A DNA stretch of 59,997 bases, the filler included, from Hausera hauseri (lineage: Eukaryota), in assembly GCA_046269625.1 (NCBI GenBank). It is 10 parts of 10 records of this genome, joined end to end, with 100 filler letters (N's around TTAATTAATTAA, not from the genome) between each part and the next. Parts side by side here need not be neighbours in the genome. Positions count along the whole stretch, not along the records: positions 6,766 to 12,217 come from JBJURY010252403.1; positions 12,318 to 17,145 come from JBJURY010422254.1; positions 17,246 to 26,540 come from JBJURY010409921.1; 7 more parts are not named here. One strand, written 5' to 3'. The notes below the pieces were generated by a model. That model saw only the letters and a program-made list of their open reading frames with translations. It was not told where the DNA came from and made no database searches. Shown one piece after another: positions 11,571 through 23,392 of this stretch. Within the stretch, counting starts at the first letter, position 1; every line of letters begins with the position of its first letter. Position numbers and translations under genes: made by a program.

Positions 11571-12217
11571 TTCCTTTAGTATTTGTTGTTGTCTTTTATA
11601 CTCCTTTAGTTCTATTTCTAATTGCTTCCTTGTGCGTGGTGATAACGTATCGTTTGTATAGTTAACACTTTCCTTCTTTTTGTCTTCTTTCTTGACTTCA
11701 GGTTCGCTAGCACTATCCTCCGTTTCGTATTCCTTACCGGAGGATTTATCTGACGTGGCTGATATATAATCTTTCTTCTGTTGTTTCTTCTTGTTACTTG
11801 ATTTTGAGGACTCTCCTCTTCGTGATCTACATGACTTGGCTATATGTCCATATTTATTACAGTTAAAACATTACAACCTTCCTTCAGGATCTATGTTGGG
11901 TAAGGATCTTCCGTCCTTTTTGGATTTCTTCTTGTAGCATTCCTTTTCCCCATCGTTCCGTAAATTAAATCGGACTTTCTTTTCCACATCTGACTCAGCT
12001 TCAGTGGCTGATGTTTATGAGGGGCTTCTGTTTCTTTCATAACGTTGATATCGTTGAGTACTATTGTTTCTTCTCTTATCATAACCGTTATTATTACGTT
12101 TAGACTTATTCCACCTATACAGTTCCGCATCTCGTTCGCCTTTTCGTGCCTTTCTTATTGCTTCTTGGAACGTAGGCGGGTCTTGCTTGTGAGATTATCG
12201 TCCTTAATCTTTCTTCT
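11537..12217 (-). pseudogene. gag: Element A gag C-terminus with CCHC zinc knuckle
   Basis: Hand translation: DPPTFQEAIRKARKGE (capsid C-terminal helix) ... GRL*CFNCNKYGHIAKSCRSRR (CX2CX4HX4C at about 11829-11870). Confidence 0.85.
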
Positions 12218-14919
12218 NNNNNNNNNNNNNNNNNNNNNNNNNNNNNNNNNNNNNNNNNNNNTTAATTAATTAANNNNNNNNNNNNNNNNNNNNNNNNNNN
12301 NNNNNNNNNNNNNNNNNTATAATGTATATATGATCAAAACTTATCAAATCAAACATCGATGTATTCATAAATTATACAATTATTTGTAGAGTTGTTTATC
12401 ATGCAAACGTCACTGCCGATCAATCAATTCTTCAATCTCGTCCCACTTCTTAGAAGTGAGGCAAACAATGGACATAGTATCTTTTCTTCCTCTATTGCCA
12501 CGAGACCAATATCCATTGGTTCACAACAATCACCACATAATATACTGATCTCCGCCTCATCCAGGCGTAGTATAAAACTACAGAATGGACACATCCATTG
12601 TCTGTTAGTAGCTGCTACTAACTTTCCGGTGGGTTCTGATAAGACAAGGTGCTAAAATTATCATAATAATACTTATGAGGCTCATTTCTATTAGTCGCTA
12701 ATTTCAGATCTCATTCAATAGTCTTCCAGATTTTGATTTATACTATGCTAACAAATATTAAACAAAACACTAAACGGGCTCCAATTACATAATANNNNNN
12801 NNNNAATACTGTGGGTAATGGAAGAGTATACTCATTCATTAATGATCTCGGTTTGTTCCCGATGTTTCCCAGACACTCAATTCATGATTGTTGCAAAATG
12901 ACTTATGGCAGACTAACTGATATGGAAGTCAGTTCAGTCATGAGAAAGGCCATATACAGATAATATTAATTATTCTTGTTTCTTGGCACTGTACATAATT
13001 ATTAAATTAGATCGGCATATTAAATGTGAATTGTCAATGTGAACTGTACACGAAACATTATTAACCAGTTATTATCTGGAATAACTGAAAGATTCGTTTT
13101 TATTTAGAATATATTCCAAAGTACTTGAATCTTCGAAATTCATGGTTTCAAAAAGAAAAAGCTGCCATAATTTTTTATTTCATTTTAAATTTTACCATAA
13201 TCGTAAATACAAATATTTAAAGAACACATTTTTCAAAAAAAATGTTTACATATATAGTTATTTTTGGGTGGGCCAATGTGGGAACCACAATAACCAGTTT
13301 ATTTTTATTGGAATATGTAAATAATCAGTTGAAATTTGCAAAATAATTATTTGGTATTGAAAATATGGAAATAAGTTAACTGAAGCAAATGGTATAAATA
13401 CCGAACCAAAAACAGTCAATCGAACAAATGTTGAAATATTGTTGAGTTGATCATTAAGCAGTTGAGATAACAACTGTAAAACAGTTCCAAGTGAATTAAA
13501 GTGAAACAGTTGACTCGAAGTAGAGAAACTGAAAAACGATTTCAGTTCTGTAGCGAACTATTCAGTAAGAAGTTTGTATTCAAGTTGCCAGACATTGAGA
13601 ACTACGATTATTGGTGGACCTTCGACATTACTATTGTTACCGAAAAGAATAATTTTTATAATTCGGTTGTTGAATCGCTGTAAGATTCTTGGTTGTTTGA
13701 GTTCAATAAACTTTTTAGATTTAAATTTTTTATAGTTTCCATTGCTCCTTAAGGGTAAATAGACGTCACTAGGATTAAAAATCACTTTTAAAGTTAAATA
13801 GTTAAGACTAGAATTTTGATAATTTTTTACACAGCCGCAAGCAGTACACGCAAAAGTATTGTAGATTTTCTTAAAGTCACATTCTGGTTACTCGAGAACG
13901 AGTAATCCTTACCTGCACAAGTAAAGAAACTTGGAATTTAACTTACTATTATATGACCAACACCAACCAATACCATGCTCAATCATGGAATGTTGCATTC
14001 AGTGATGTATTTGCATAAATTCGATTTAGTTTTCAGGGCATTCTTTACTTCGTTAGTCTACAGGCAATTTGCACTGACGAAATTTGTAAGTTAGTTATTT
14101 ATGCAGAGATCGATACTACCCTTTCGCGATAAACAACTCTACAGATAGTATAAGAGTAGGGGAAAAATGCCAATCCTGCGCCACCCCCCCGGTAGCAGAA
14201 CGAAGCGTGACTGATGCGCAGAAAGGTACTGGCTTGGTAGATTCGGTGACGAGGATTTCGAAAAACGAACGGTTCACGGTGCACGGTGCACCCCGGAAGT
14301 AGGGGAAGTGCGCAAGAAAAGCGAATGTTAAAAAGAAATGGTGCACGGTCATGTGTGACACATAGAAATGATGGGGCGGGCATAGTGCATTGAGCGCTGA
14401 AGGTGCGAAATCCGTCAGATGAAAGGAGGCCCCGTGGTGGAATGGGGAAAAAGTGGCGCAGGATCGGCATATGGTTTCTGACGATGGTGGAGGCGTTATG
14501 AACCAACGGATAACGGTTCCGTAAGGTTCGGCGGATGACTAACCGAACGGAACGGGAATGAACGGTGCATGATGCACAGATGGCGGTGCATGCTCCCGTG
14601 TGTGTGCACTGATGAAGGCGGCCGGTGTCGAGTAGCACAGCAAACGAAAGACCAAGGCGCGGGCTATCCGATGCCGGTGTTCAAATGGAAATAGCCGCAT
14701 CGGGAGCGGCGGTGCGAAGAGAAACATCAAAAATCGGCAAAGGGTATCCCTGTGAAAACGGAAAAAAAATTTCATCGAAATTCATCGTGACCTGGTTCGA
14801 TCGATCGGTCATTGTTTGCTGAGTACGACAATGTGTGTCGCAAAGTTTTTGCGCATCTCCATCAACGTACAGAAGAGGAAAAACGAATTGTCTATGTACA
14901 TGTGAACTTTGAACACGTG

Positions 14920-15420
14920 AACTTTTATGCGGTTTTAGACAAATATTTGCGGTAAAAATCGATTTTTATGTTTCACACACATACATACATACGAAAAAAT
15001 ATATATAGGAGCAAGAAAAAGTAAATTTAAGCAATAAAATGATTGCAACAATAAATTATCGTGGTTATATACGTGGAACAGTTGAACATTTACATGTTAT
15101 ACATGAATATAAATCACATAATCAAACTTTATTAGATATAAGTACTGCGTTAACTATAAAGCACATAATCAAACATGCGGTTTTAGACAAATATCGATTT
15201 GTATGGATGTCTTTGAATTTCTTATATGTTAAATCAATGTTTGTAATACATACTAAAATAATGGAAGGAGAAACAGCATATCAAACTTTATTATATGTAA
15301 CAGTTGGTACTGCGAACTTTAAACATGTTAAATAATAACTTTAAATATATATGTCATACACGAATATAAACCACATAATCAAACTTTGTTAGATATAAGT
15401 ACTGCGTTAACAATCAATAG
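14920..15420 (+). repeat. Degenerate tandem duplication with about 250-260 bp period
   Basis: ATGCGGTTTTAGACAAATAT at about 14927 and 15176. GAATATAAAyCACATAATCAAACTTTrTTAGATATAAGTACTGCGT at about 15105 and 15362. Confidence 0.7.
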
Positions 15421-15499
15421 TCTTATTTAAAAAATGAATAAGGTAAGTATTGTTTTTGTTAAATGATTTTTCTAAATAATTTTCTAGTGTAACACGTAT

Positions 15500-15880
15500 G
15501 TGAAGTATTGTGCCAATACTCAGCACGACGATGCAGAGAAATGTCATAAGAAGATGCAGATCTATTATTCCTCAAACAATGGAATTATATGTCCAGTATG
15601 CCGTTCTCAAGATAATATACCATATATGGAATTTTATCAGCAGCACAGAGAACACCTAAACCAATTCCAAGGCGAATCAAAAAGAAAATTATCTATCGAA
15701 CTAACATCGCAATTATTGCCTTCGACATCCCATCAATCATCGTCGTCAACAAAGATAATGCCGAGTGGTCAGCAGTATTACGGAGTCAAATATTATGGGG
15801 TGCAATATTATGTGTGTCCTCAATGTCAAACATGTGAGACATCGAAATATGAGGATTTTTTACATTAACATGGATCACAT
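15500..15880 (+). pseudogene. Small ORF with two related C2H2-like zinc fingers
   Basis: ICPVCRSQDNIPYMEFYQQHREH and VCPQCQTCETSKYEDFLH*HGSH. Confidence 0.45.
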
Positions 15881-15941
15881 TTAGGCCATTTTCAATCAAA
15901 ACGAAAACGTGATATGTTAAAGAAAAAACCACCAGTTCACT

Positions 15942-15968
15942 CAACAACAACAACAACAACAACAACAA
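15942..15968 (+). repeat. (CAA)n microsatellite
   Basis: About nine consecutive CAA units. Confidence 0.9.
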
Positions 15969-16189
15969 ACATAACGAATATCAAGGAATTGGGTGAGATT
16001 TTTTCACAGAAAGACTCTACTGTTGTTGCCGGAATGGGGAGCCAAGCAGCTATGTTGATGTTCCATATACATTGACAGCATTGCTTAACCTTTTTTTCAA
16101 CAATCTCGAAACTAATTGTTCTTGTATAAGTCCATCACACGGAATGCGGACTATTCTATTCATCCAGGTAAGATATGTATTACGTTGAT

Positions 16190-16530
16190 CTACTGCTATG
16201 AGAATGAACGAAACCGATAAACCCAATAAGTGCCCAGTAAGATCATGGACAGTATGGCCAGAGAGTGTTCTCTCCAGGTGAAAATTTCGATTCACGAGCT
16301 TTTCTCTAGAGTGCAGCTGTTTTTAATTTTCTAGATGCTTCACATACAGTTGCACCCATCCAAAGAGATGTGAACCATGAAGTTCGGTTCTGTGCAACAG
16401 GAATCAAGTTGTATATCAAAGGCTTTTAGTGAGCTCTAGCATGTTTCATTAACACGATTCTTTTGGCCGCCATGTGAAGGTGTATCATCCTGCAGTTCAT
16501 CCTAGAAGAGCATTGTTGGCATTCCGGTGG
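16190..16530 (-). mobile_element. RTE-BovB-like LINE 3' ORF fragment
   Basis: MPTMLF*DELQDDTPSHGGQKNRVNETC*SSLKAFDI ... AQNRTSW...GATVCE matches RTE-BovB RLPKxxFYGELxxGxRSxGGQKKRxKDTLKxSLKxFxI. Confidence 0.75.
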
Positions 16531-17429
16531 TTTGAGATGCAGAGTGTTATTGGCATGTGTATTCTCAGTGTTTCCGAAAATGTAAAACAGACAGTGGTTG
16601 GAGTTCAGCATAGAATCTCTTTCATTTTCATACATGGCCATGCGGAGGTCAGGGGAAATGAATGAGCAGACAGACTGACCAGTACTGCAGGCAGCAGAGT
16701 CATGGACTGATCTGATATCATGAATGTCCTCCACGAGACTGGTCGGAAAGAAAATTCTTCAATAAGTCAGAATTTCCTCTCCCTCATGATTGCGTGAACT
16801 TTGAATGGAGCAACGTGGGGCCAGATGCAAGCGGCTCGCTGGCAGCAGCAGAAATTTGATGAATGAAAATAGAATTAGAACTGTTCGATCATTGTCTTTT
16901 GGTTTTGTGGGAATGGACTATAGGGCCCGTGGTCTTGTTCTTAGTGATGAGGATTTGCCGACTAAGTTACAGATTTACTATGCATTTTATCATGTTTCTT
17001 TTTTCAACATTTTCTGTTAGACCTGAGGTATAAGCTTGTTAAAATTATTTCAGTCATTTTAATATTATTTCTTGAACAGAGTGTCAGCCATGTCCCACTG
17101 GTTGGAAGCTGTTCCAGAAAAAGTGCTACTTGTTTTATAATGAAANNNNNNNNNNNNNNNNNNNNNNNNNNNNNNNNNNNNNNNNNNNNTTAATTAATTA
17201 ANNNNNNNNNNNNNNNNNNNNNNNNNNNNNNNNNNNNNNNNNNNNATGCTTTTTTTCTGGGTTATTTTTCGCCCTTATACCACTTTTCCGTATTCCGTAT
17301 GTGTCTCCTAGTGTAGATTCGTCACCCCACCATTGGGCCTGTTTTCTCGGAATGTAAAAACCAATTAGCGATAGTGCTAAAACTATTTGAATGTACGATA
17401 TTGGTGTGACAATTATTGAAGAAGTTTTT

Positions 17430-18500
17430 ATTTTGTGTCGGCATAAATTATAACCTTTATTAGGCCGGATTTCCGTTTTAACAACTCTTTGTACTGACAC
17501 GACTTCTTCTTTTCCGTTTTTGTTGATGTACACCGTAGTTAGTGTGGGCCTCGTAATTTTGTATGACCCTCTGCCGGTACGGATCCATTTTAATGAGGTG
17601 CCCTTCTTGTCTACTAAATAATGTACATAAACCCAATTTCCTGGTTCCAAATCATGAGGTTTCGCTTTCTTATCATATTGCTTTTTAAACTGCTCCTGAT
17701 ATTTCCCAACTCTTTTGTAATCGCGTCTGCAATACTTCTGCAAAATTTTGTTCTAAATCTTCGGGATTGAGCGGGTATGGCGTCATTCCTAAATCTGTGG
17801 GTAACACAGCTTCACGTCTATACATCATGAAAAATGGTGTAAATCCTGTTGTTGGATGTGGGGTGGTATTAATAGCAAATTGAGTTTTATCTAAAAATTC
17901 GTCCAAATTTTTTTGGTCCTTATCTACTACTGTTGATAATATGCGTATGACAGTTGCATTCATTTTTTCAACCATTCCATTACACTGAGGGTGATATGTG
18001 GTAGTTGTTAACCGTTCAATTTCAAATATCTTTGTGATCTTCTCAAATAGTTCACTTGTAAAATTTCTTCCTCGATCTGTCAATATTTGAACTGAAGGCC
18101 CGTATTGGAAAGTAATTCTTACTCCAGCTTCTGCTGAAGTTTTTGCCTTTTGATCATTATCGCTATTAATTCGACAAAATGAGTTAATCGATCAATACAA
18201 TTTAGGATATACTTATTGTTTTTGTGGGTCGTAGGAAGAAGTCCTACGATATCCATCGACATGGCTTGCATAGGCCTATCGGCCACATTAATTGGTTTTA
18301 GTTCAGCTATATAATTTTTCATTTTCTTTTGTTTAGTTGCACAAACTTCACGAGCTTTTACACAATTCTTTACATCGATATAGATACTGGGCCAAAAGTA
18401 TTTATTCAATATTCTTTCTAATGTTTTCTTCCAGGACATGTGGCACGCTAAATATGAATCATGTTTCGACATTAGCACTTTGGTTCGTAGACCCTTTGGA
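17430..18500 (-). pseudogene. Element B integrase (HHCC, DDE core, GPY/F-like module)
   Basis: KHDSYLACH...KYFWP, SMDIVG, TDRGRNF, YHPQCNGMVE, TTGFTPF, KKQYDKK...GNWVYV...GSYKI. Confidence 0.95.
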
Positions 18501-18789
18501 ATAACTATCAGTTTCCTTCCTTTTCGTTCGTAATATAAAATATCCTCATTGCTATTGTCACTTAAGATGCAGTATTTATGTCCATGTCTGTGTAAATTTT
18601 TCTTCAATTGTCGTCCCTTTGGTATGATATCCTTCTTAGCAAATTCTATAATCTGCTGAATAACTTTATCCTTTCTTTGTTTTGTGCAGATTTTAATTGC
18701 TTTATCCATCGTTAAGGCTCGTTGGCGATCTATTATTTCTTCAAGTTGACTTTTCTTCATAACCGTGATTGCGCTTGTTTTGGTCTTTA

Positions 18790-20096
18790 AACTTGATAGT
18801 GCATCAGCATCTACATGTTTATTTCCTGGTTTATACTGGAATTCGATATCGAATCTAGAGATTTCTTCGATCCATCTGTTAAGTCTGCATTTCGGGTTAT
18901 GTGCTCCGTCATTTAGGTCATGACGGCTTTGTGATTAGTGACAATAATAATTTTCTGCCCATATACGTAAACGTTGAAGTATCGAAGTGCTTCTTTTACG
19001 TCTAGAGTTTCTAATTCGGTTACGGAATAATTTTTCTCGGCCTTCTTCAAGGAACGTTCTCCATAAGCAATTGGGTGTTCTAGTTCTTCATCTTCCCTTT
19101 TCTGCGCTAATTCATATCAAATGCCTTCTTTACTGGCGTCTGTCTTGATTATAAAAGGTAAGTTAAAGTCTGGGTACCGTAAAACAGGTTTGCTTGTTAA
19201 TATCTTCTTCATGTTGTCGAAGGCTTTTTGTTCGACATCAGTCCGTTTCCATTTTATTCCCTTTTTAAGTAGACGATATAAGGGTGCATTAACTTTTAAA
19301 TTATCTGGCACATAGGAGGCAAAATATCCTCAGAGTCCTAGCCAGTTCTTTAACTCTTTTTGGTTTTGTGGTTCCATGCAATTTGGTATTTTGTTTAATA
19401 ACGATTTATCTGGTCTCAATCCTCCTTCTCCAACTATATGGCCAAGGTAGGATAGTGCGTTTTGAGCCCATTTGCATTTTTTGGATTTAATTTCAATCCG
19501 GCCTGCTCCAGTCTCATTAATGTGTGTTGAATCTCCTTTAAATGTTCCTCTTCTGTCTTTGACGCTATCATTACGTCGTCTACATATGCAATGGCACGGT
19601 CCAGTCCCATTAGCATCTTATTCATTATTTTTGTAAAAATGGCTGGCTTAGTAGTGATACCGAACGGCGTGACGTTAAATTCATACACGCCATCGTGTGT
19701 TTTAAATGCCGTTTTATATCGATCCTCATCCGCTATCTCTAATTGACAATATCCAGATTGTAAGCCCAGAGTATTGAACCATTTTTCTCCCAAAAGTCTG
19801 TGCAAAGCCTCCTTTACTGATGGTAAGGGAAAGGAATCCTTCATTATAAGGTTATTTAATGGTCTGTAGTCAATACATATTCGATGTTTTGTAGTACCTT
19901 TCTTTTTAACCATGAGGATCGGTGAATACCAGGATCTGTAACTGGGTTTAATTATATCGGCCTTAAGCATCCGTTTGACTTCCTTTGTTATCTCTGCTTT
20001 CAGTGACTGTGGCGGGGCATACAATTTCGGTATCTTTTGATATTTAAGATCTATTTCTTCATTTGAACCGGGCTTTTTCTTAAGTGGAATAGTCAA
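18790..20096 (-). pseudogene. pol: Element B reverse transcriptase and RNase H
   Basis: SPILMVKKK, RICIDYRPLN, KTAFKT, YVDD, PFIIKTDASKEGI. Confidence 0.95.
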
Positions 20097-20619
20097 TCTT
20101 AATGCTTTAGCCCGACCGATATCCTCGTCGTCTTTAGCGATAACTGATTTTTAAATGCACAACAGTTCATAAAATCGACAGTAAGATTCAGGAGAAAATT
20201 TATTTTCTACATGAGGTGGAAATTGGGCATACTTCTAAGGCTTTTCTTCAATAGTTTTCGACGACACTCTATAGGTATCTCCTAGAGTAGTATAAGCATA
20301 AAGCTTTACGGGTTCCGTACGTTATTTGCTATCCTAATTGGTATACGACCGAAGTGTACTCTTGTCAGTACGTTACTGAGCGTTATATTTGGATTTAATG
20401 TCTCCTTTGGTTCAAAATATACCGGTTGATCGTTATATTGTTGAACTTGAGCATAGATTGTTGTCTCTATTCTTGGTGGAATCTAGTGGTATCCACACTT
20501 CTCCAAACTTCCTATCTTTAGAGTTCCTTATACCTTTATTTTGTCTAATTTCTATTAATTTTTCAGTATGCAAGTCGATTGCTATAATTGGTAACCTTTT
20601 CAGTAGATCACACCCTAAA

Positions 20620-20937
20620 ACTGTCGTCGGTTAGTTGTTCAATAACTGCAAATTCATGACAGAAAAACTGTCCAACTACTTGAACTTATGAATTCCATTT
20701 AAATATGGGTTTGGACATTTGACCAAAAGCTCCTGTACTTCCGGGATCTTTTGTAGACGGTGGGTATAATTGTCTGCTGAGCGTTTGAGGTATTGAATCA
20801 TTTTTAATGTAAGACATATAAGACCCTGTATCGATTAATGCATAAACTTCCCAATCTTTAATAACGATTTTGGCGAAAGGTCTTCCTTCTATTGCTGTTC
20901 CAAAACAGTTTGATGCTATTTTTGGGCGTTTAGTCAA
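20620..20937 (-). pseudogene. Element B aspartic protease
   Basis: RPFAKIVIKDWEVYALIDTGSYMSYI ... VLGCDLL. Confidence 0.9.
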
Positions 20938-21561
20938 CGATATTTCATGTCCATTAATTGGAATCTATGGAGAAGATACTATGTTCTCAGCCAATTGCTT
21001 TACTTCTCCGTTTGGGTATAATTCATTGTTTTCAATGTTTAATTCTTCAGCTTCATGAGTACTGGTTAATGGTTCTCGGTTGTTAGTGTGCGGTTCTATG
21101 TTCCATAAAATTCTTAACATTGAATTTTCCCAGACAGGCGACTTAGTCTCTATATTACAAGGTTCACTCTGGGAGTAAAACATCCTGGGATCATCCCCGG
21201 ACTGTCGGTAACACATTTTCCGTAAGACTCCATAACGTTTTGTTCCATCATAAGGGTTTTCGACATTAATTGTCCTTTTAAAGATTTCCGTCTAATAGGA
21301 ACTCATTGATTGTTTGTCACAGTCTTCATAGACTGGAGCGGTAGAAGATAACATAGGCAATAGTGCTTTAATGACAGAGTACGTCTTGTGTCTGTTTATT
21401 CTTGAAAGTACTTCTCCTCCCTTAGGATCGTCATCATTTGAATCATTTCTTCGCATACTAGGTCTTGTAAATTTCCGCTTGTACAAGAGCATAGGCCTTC
21501 CTTGTCGTTTACGATTATAATAACCGACATCGCGTTCTATGGCCGATTTCCATCTATTTTC

Positions 21562-23392
21562 CTAGTATGCTTTTAAAAACTTTCCAAAGGGCGTTATGAT
21601 TGCAGTCAGTATTTTACATAAAAATCCGGTGAATGTAAATATTTCATACCCATATATTACTGCTTGGATGACTGCTGTAATCATTTATATCAGAAAATAT
21701 ATTGCTAAGAATCTGGATGCGGCTTGACCAAAAATCAAAAATCTTCCCCAAATTTTGTAAAGTATTTATGTGGTTACTCGTTGATAATGGTTTAGGCCAA
21801 GTAAGGATTCCCATTTAGCCTGATATCATGTATCGTCTACTACTGAGGCCATGGCTCGGTTTAATTAGTGTGTTCGTTGCCGCGGAAAAGCGAGGAAATG
21901 TCTGGAGGCTTCGATTTCCTTAGGCCTGTATATGCCTTTCGACGAGGTATCTCGGAATTTGTCATCCGTAATTACTTTCACAAGATTTGTTCCCGTTAAT
22001 TTAATTGGGGAGGTAGTAATAACTCCATTTGTCAAACTAACCCAGTCTGTTTCACTACGTCTAAACATGGGTTCCCCTAAGCTTGCCTTACAATCTTTTA
22101 GAATGGTTGGTTGGGTTGCATTATCCAATAACACTCTCGTCAGCGGTGTAGCTAACTTGGGAGTATTCTGATAAATAACATAAAGTTTTTGAATTGCAAC
22201 GTTTTTCTTCTATGTTTATGGGTACATCCCTCTTTTCACATTCGTAAGTTAATAGTACTTCACCCGTGACCCGACTGAAAATTCCTTCTCTCATAGGGAT
22301 TATTGGAGAAGCCAACTCTGGGTTGGCGTATATAAAGGCCAATTTTGTCCTCATAATCTCGGTATCTAATTTACAGTAATTCGTTATTATTTTGTGATAT
22401 AATTACATTATTCCGACTTGTCTTTTGTAATAAAAATAATGATATCTGTTCTTGAAGTAATCCTCAACTCGGATATCCTGTGTTTCCAACTTATAGGTCT
22501 TCACACTTATCTCGGTTTCGGCGATAAAGAATGCTTCATAGTTAGTAGTGAACATTACTACGTCACAACGGGAAATCATCTCCTTTTTAATAAATTTCAG
22601 TCTATGCTGATCCGAGACTAATATAATGGATGTAGGGTGTTCCGATACGTCTTCGAGTGTCCTTGAGTTTGTATTCGATTTATCCACATATCGCTTTTCG
22701 GTAGTTTCAGTTTCTTAATTTTAATAAAATTACACTTTCTTCAAGAGGGAGGTTCCCATATTATAACAGAACTTCTAAAAGCACAACTTCCGTCTTGTAA
22801 ATGACACTTTTGATTCTCGGTGTATAACTTGGTGACACTATGGAACATTACTTCTGTGATCGCATCTCTGATTCGCAGAAGTTTACGGCCACCACCTTTG
22901 CTTGTAATCCTTTTCCGGTGTCGTATTCCGCCCCGTTACAATGTCCGCTATGCATATCTAACCTTCCGACCACTACTTTGCATGCCCTAATTATTTTTCA
23001 TGGTTGCATTTCTAATTGCATACTGTCCCATTCTATTCTTCCAGTTTCTTGCCCTGTTTGTAGTGCTGGCTTTCAAAGTTCATTGGGATTAGAGAAGTTG
23101 TTGGTTTGATTATTGAGGAATGTCCGTGTACCAACCCGCAGTGAAAAATGCTACAAAATCGTATCAGCATACATTCCATTCCATCTAACGATATTAATTC
23201 TTGTTGTTGGTACACGAAGTAATTTTTCTCTCTTGCTTCCAACTTGTGCGGTATGGCATCTTCGCACACTTCTAAATCTATTAGGAAATATCTTTTCCAT
23301 AGTTTGAACTTATCGCAATCGTAGACAGTAACAGTGCCTATGTGCTTTATTAGCATCATCAAGGTGAGGAGGTTAATTAACCAACTTAATTC
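21562..23392 (-). pseudogene. Element B chuvirus-like envelope glycoprotein, essentially full length, with internal signal peptide
   Basis: WLINLLTLMMLIKHIGT-VTVYDC...LIDLEVC, ECMLIRFCSIFHCG, GHCNGAEY, LYHKIITNYCKLDTEIMRTKLAFIYANPE, GEVLLTYEC, GIYRPKEIEASRHFLAFP, KIWGRFLIFGQAASRFLAIYFLI. Aligns along its length with the element A glycoprotein. Confidence 0.87.

Larger units (their letters stand above)
6766..12217 (-). mobile_element. Ty3/gypsy LTR retrotransposon A (degenerate, internal part only) with order gag - glycoprotein - PR - RT - RNase H - IN
   Basis: All domains are collinear on the minus strand (see sub-features). Confidence 0.93.

Noticed and set aside
12460-12610. Minus-strand Cys-rich peptide (WMCPFC...LCGDC) resembling a zinc ribbon
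   Set aside because: Too short and without context to assign.
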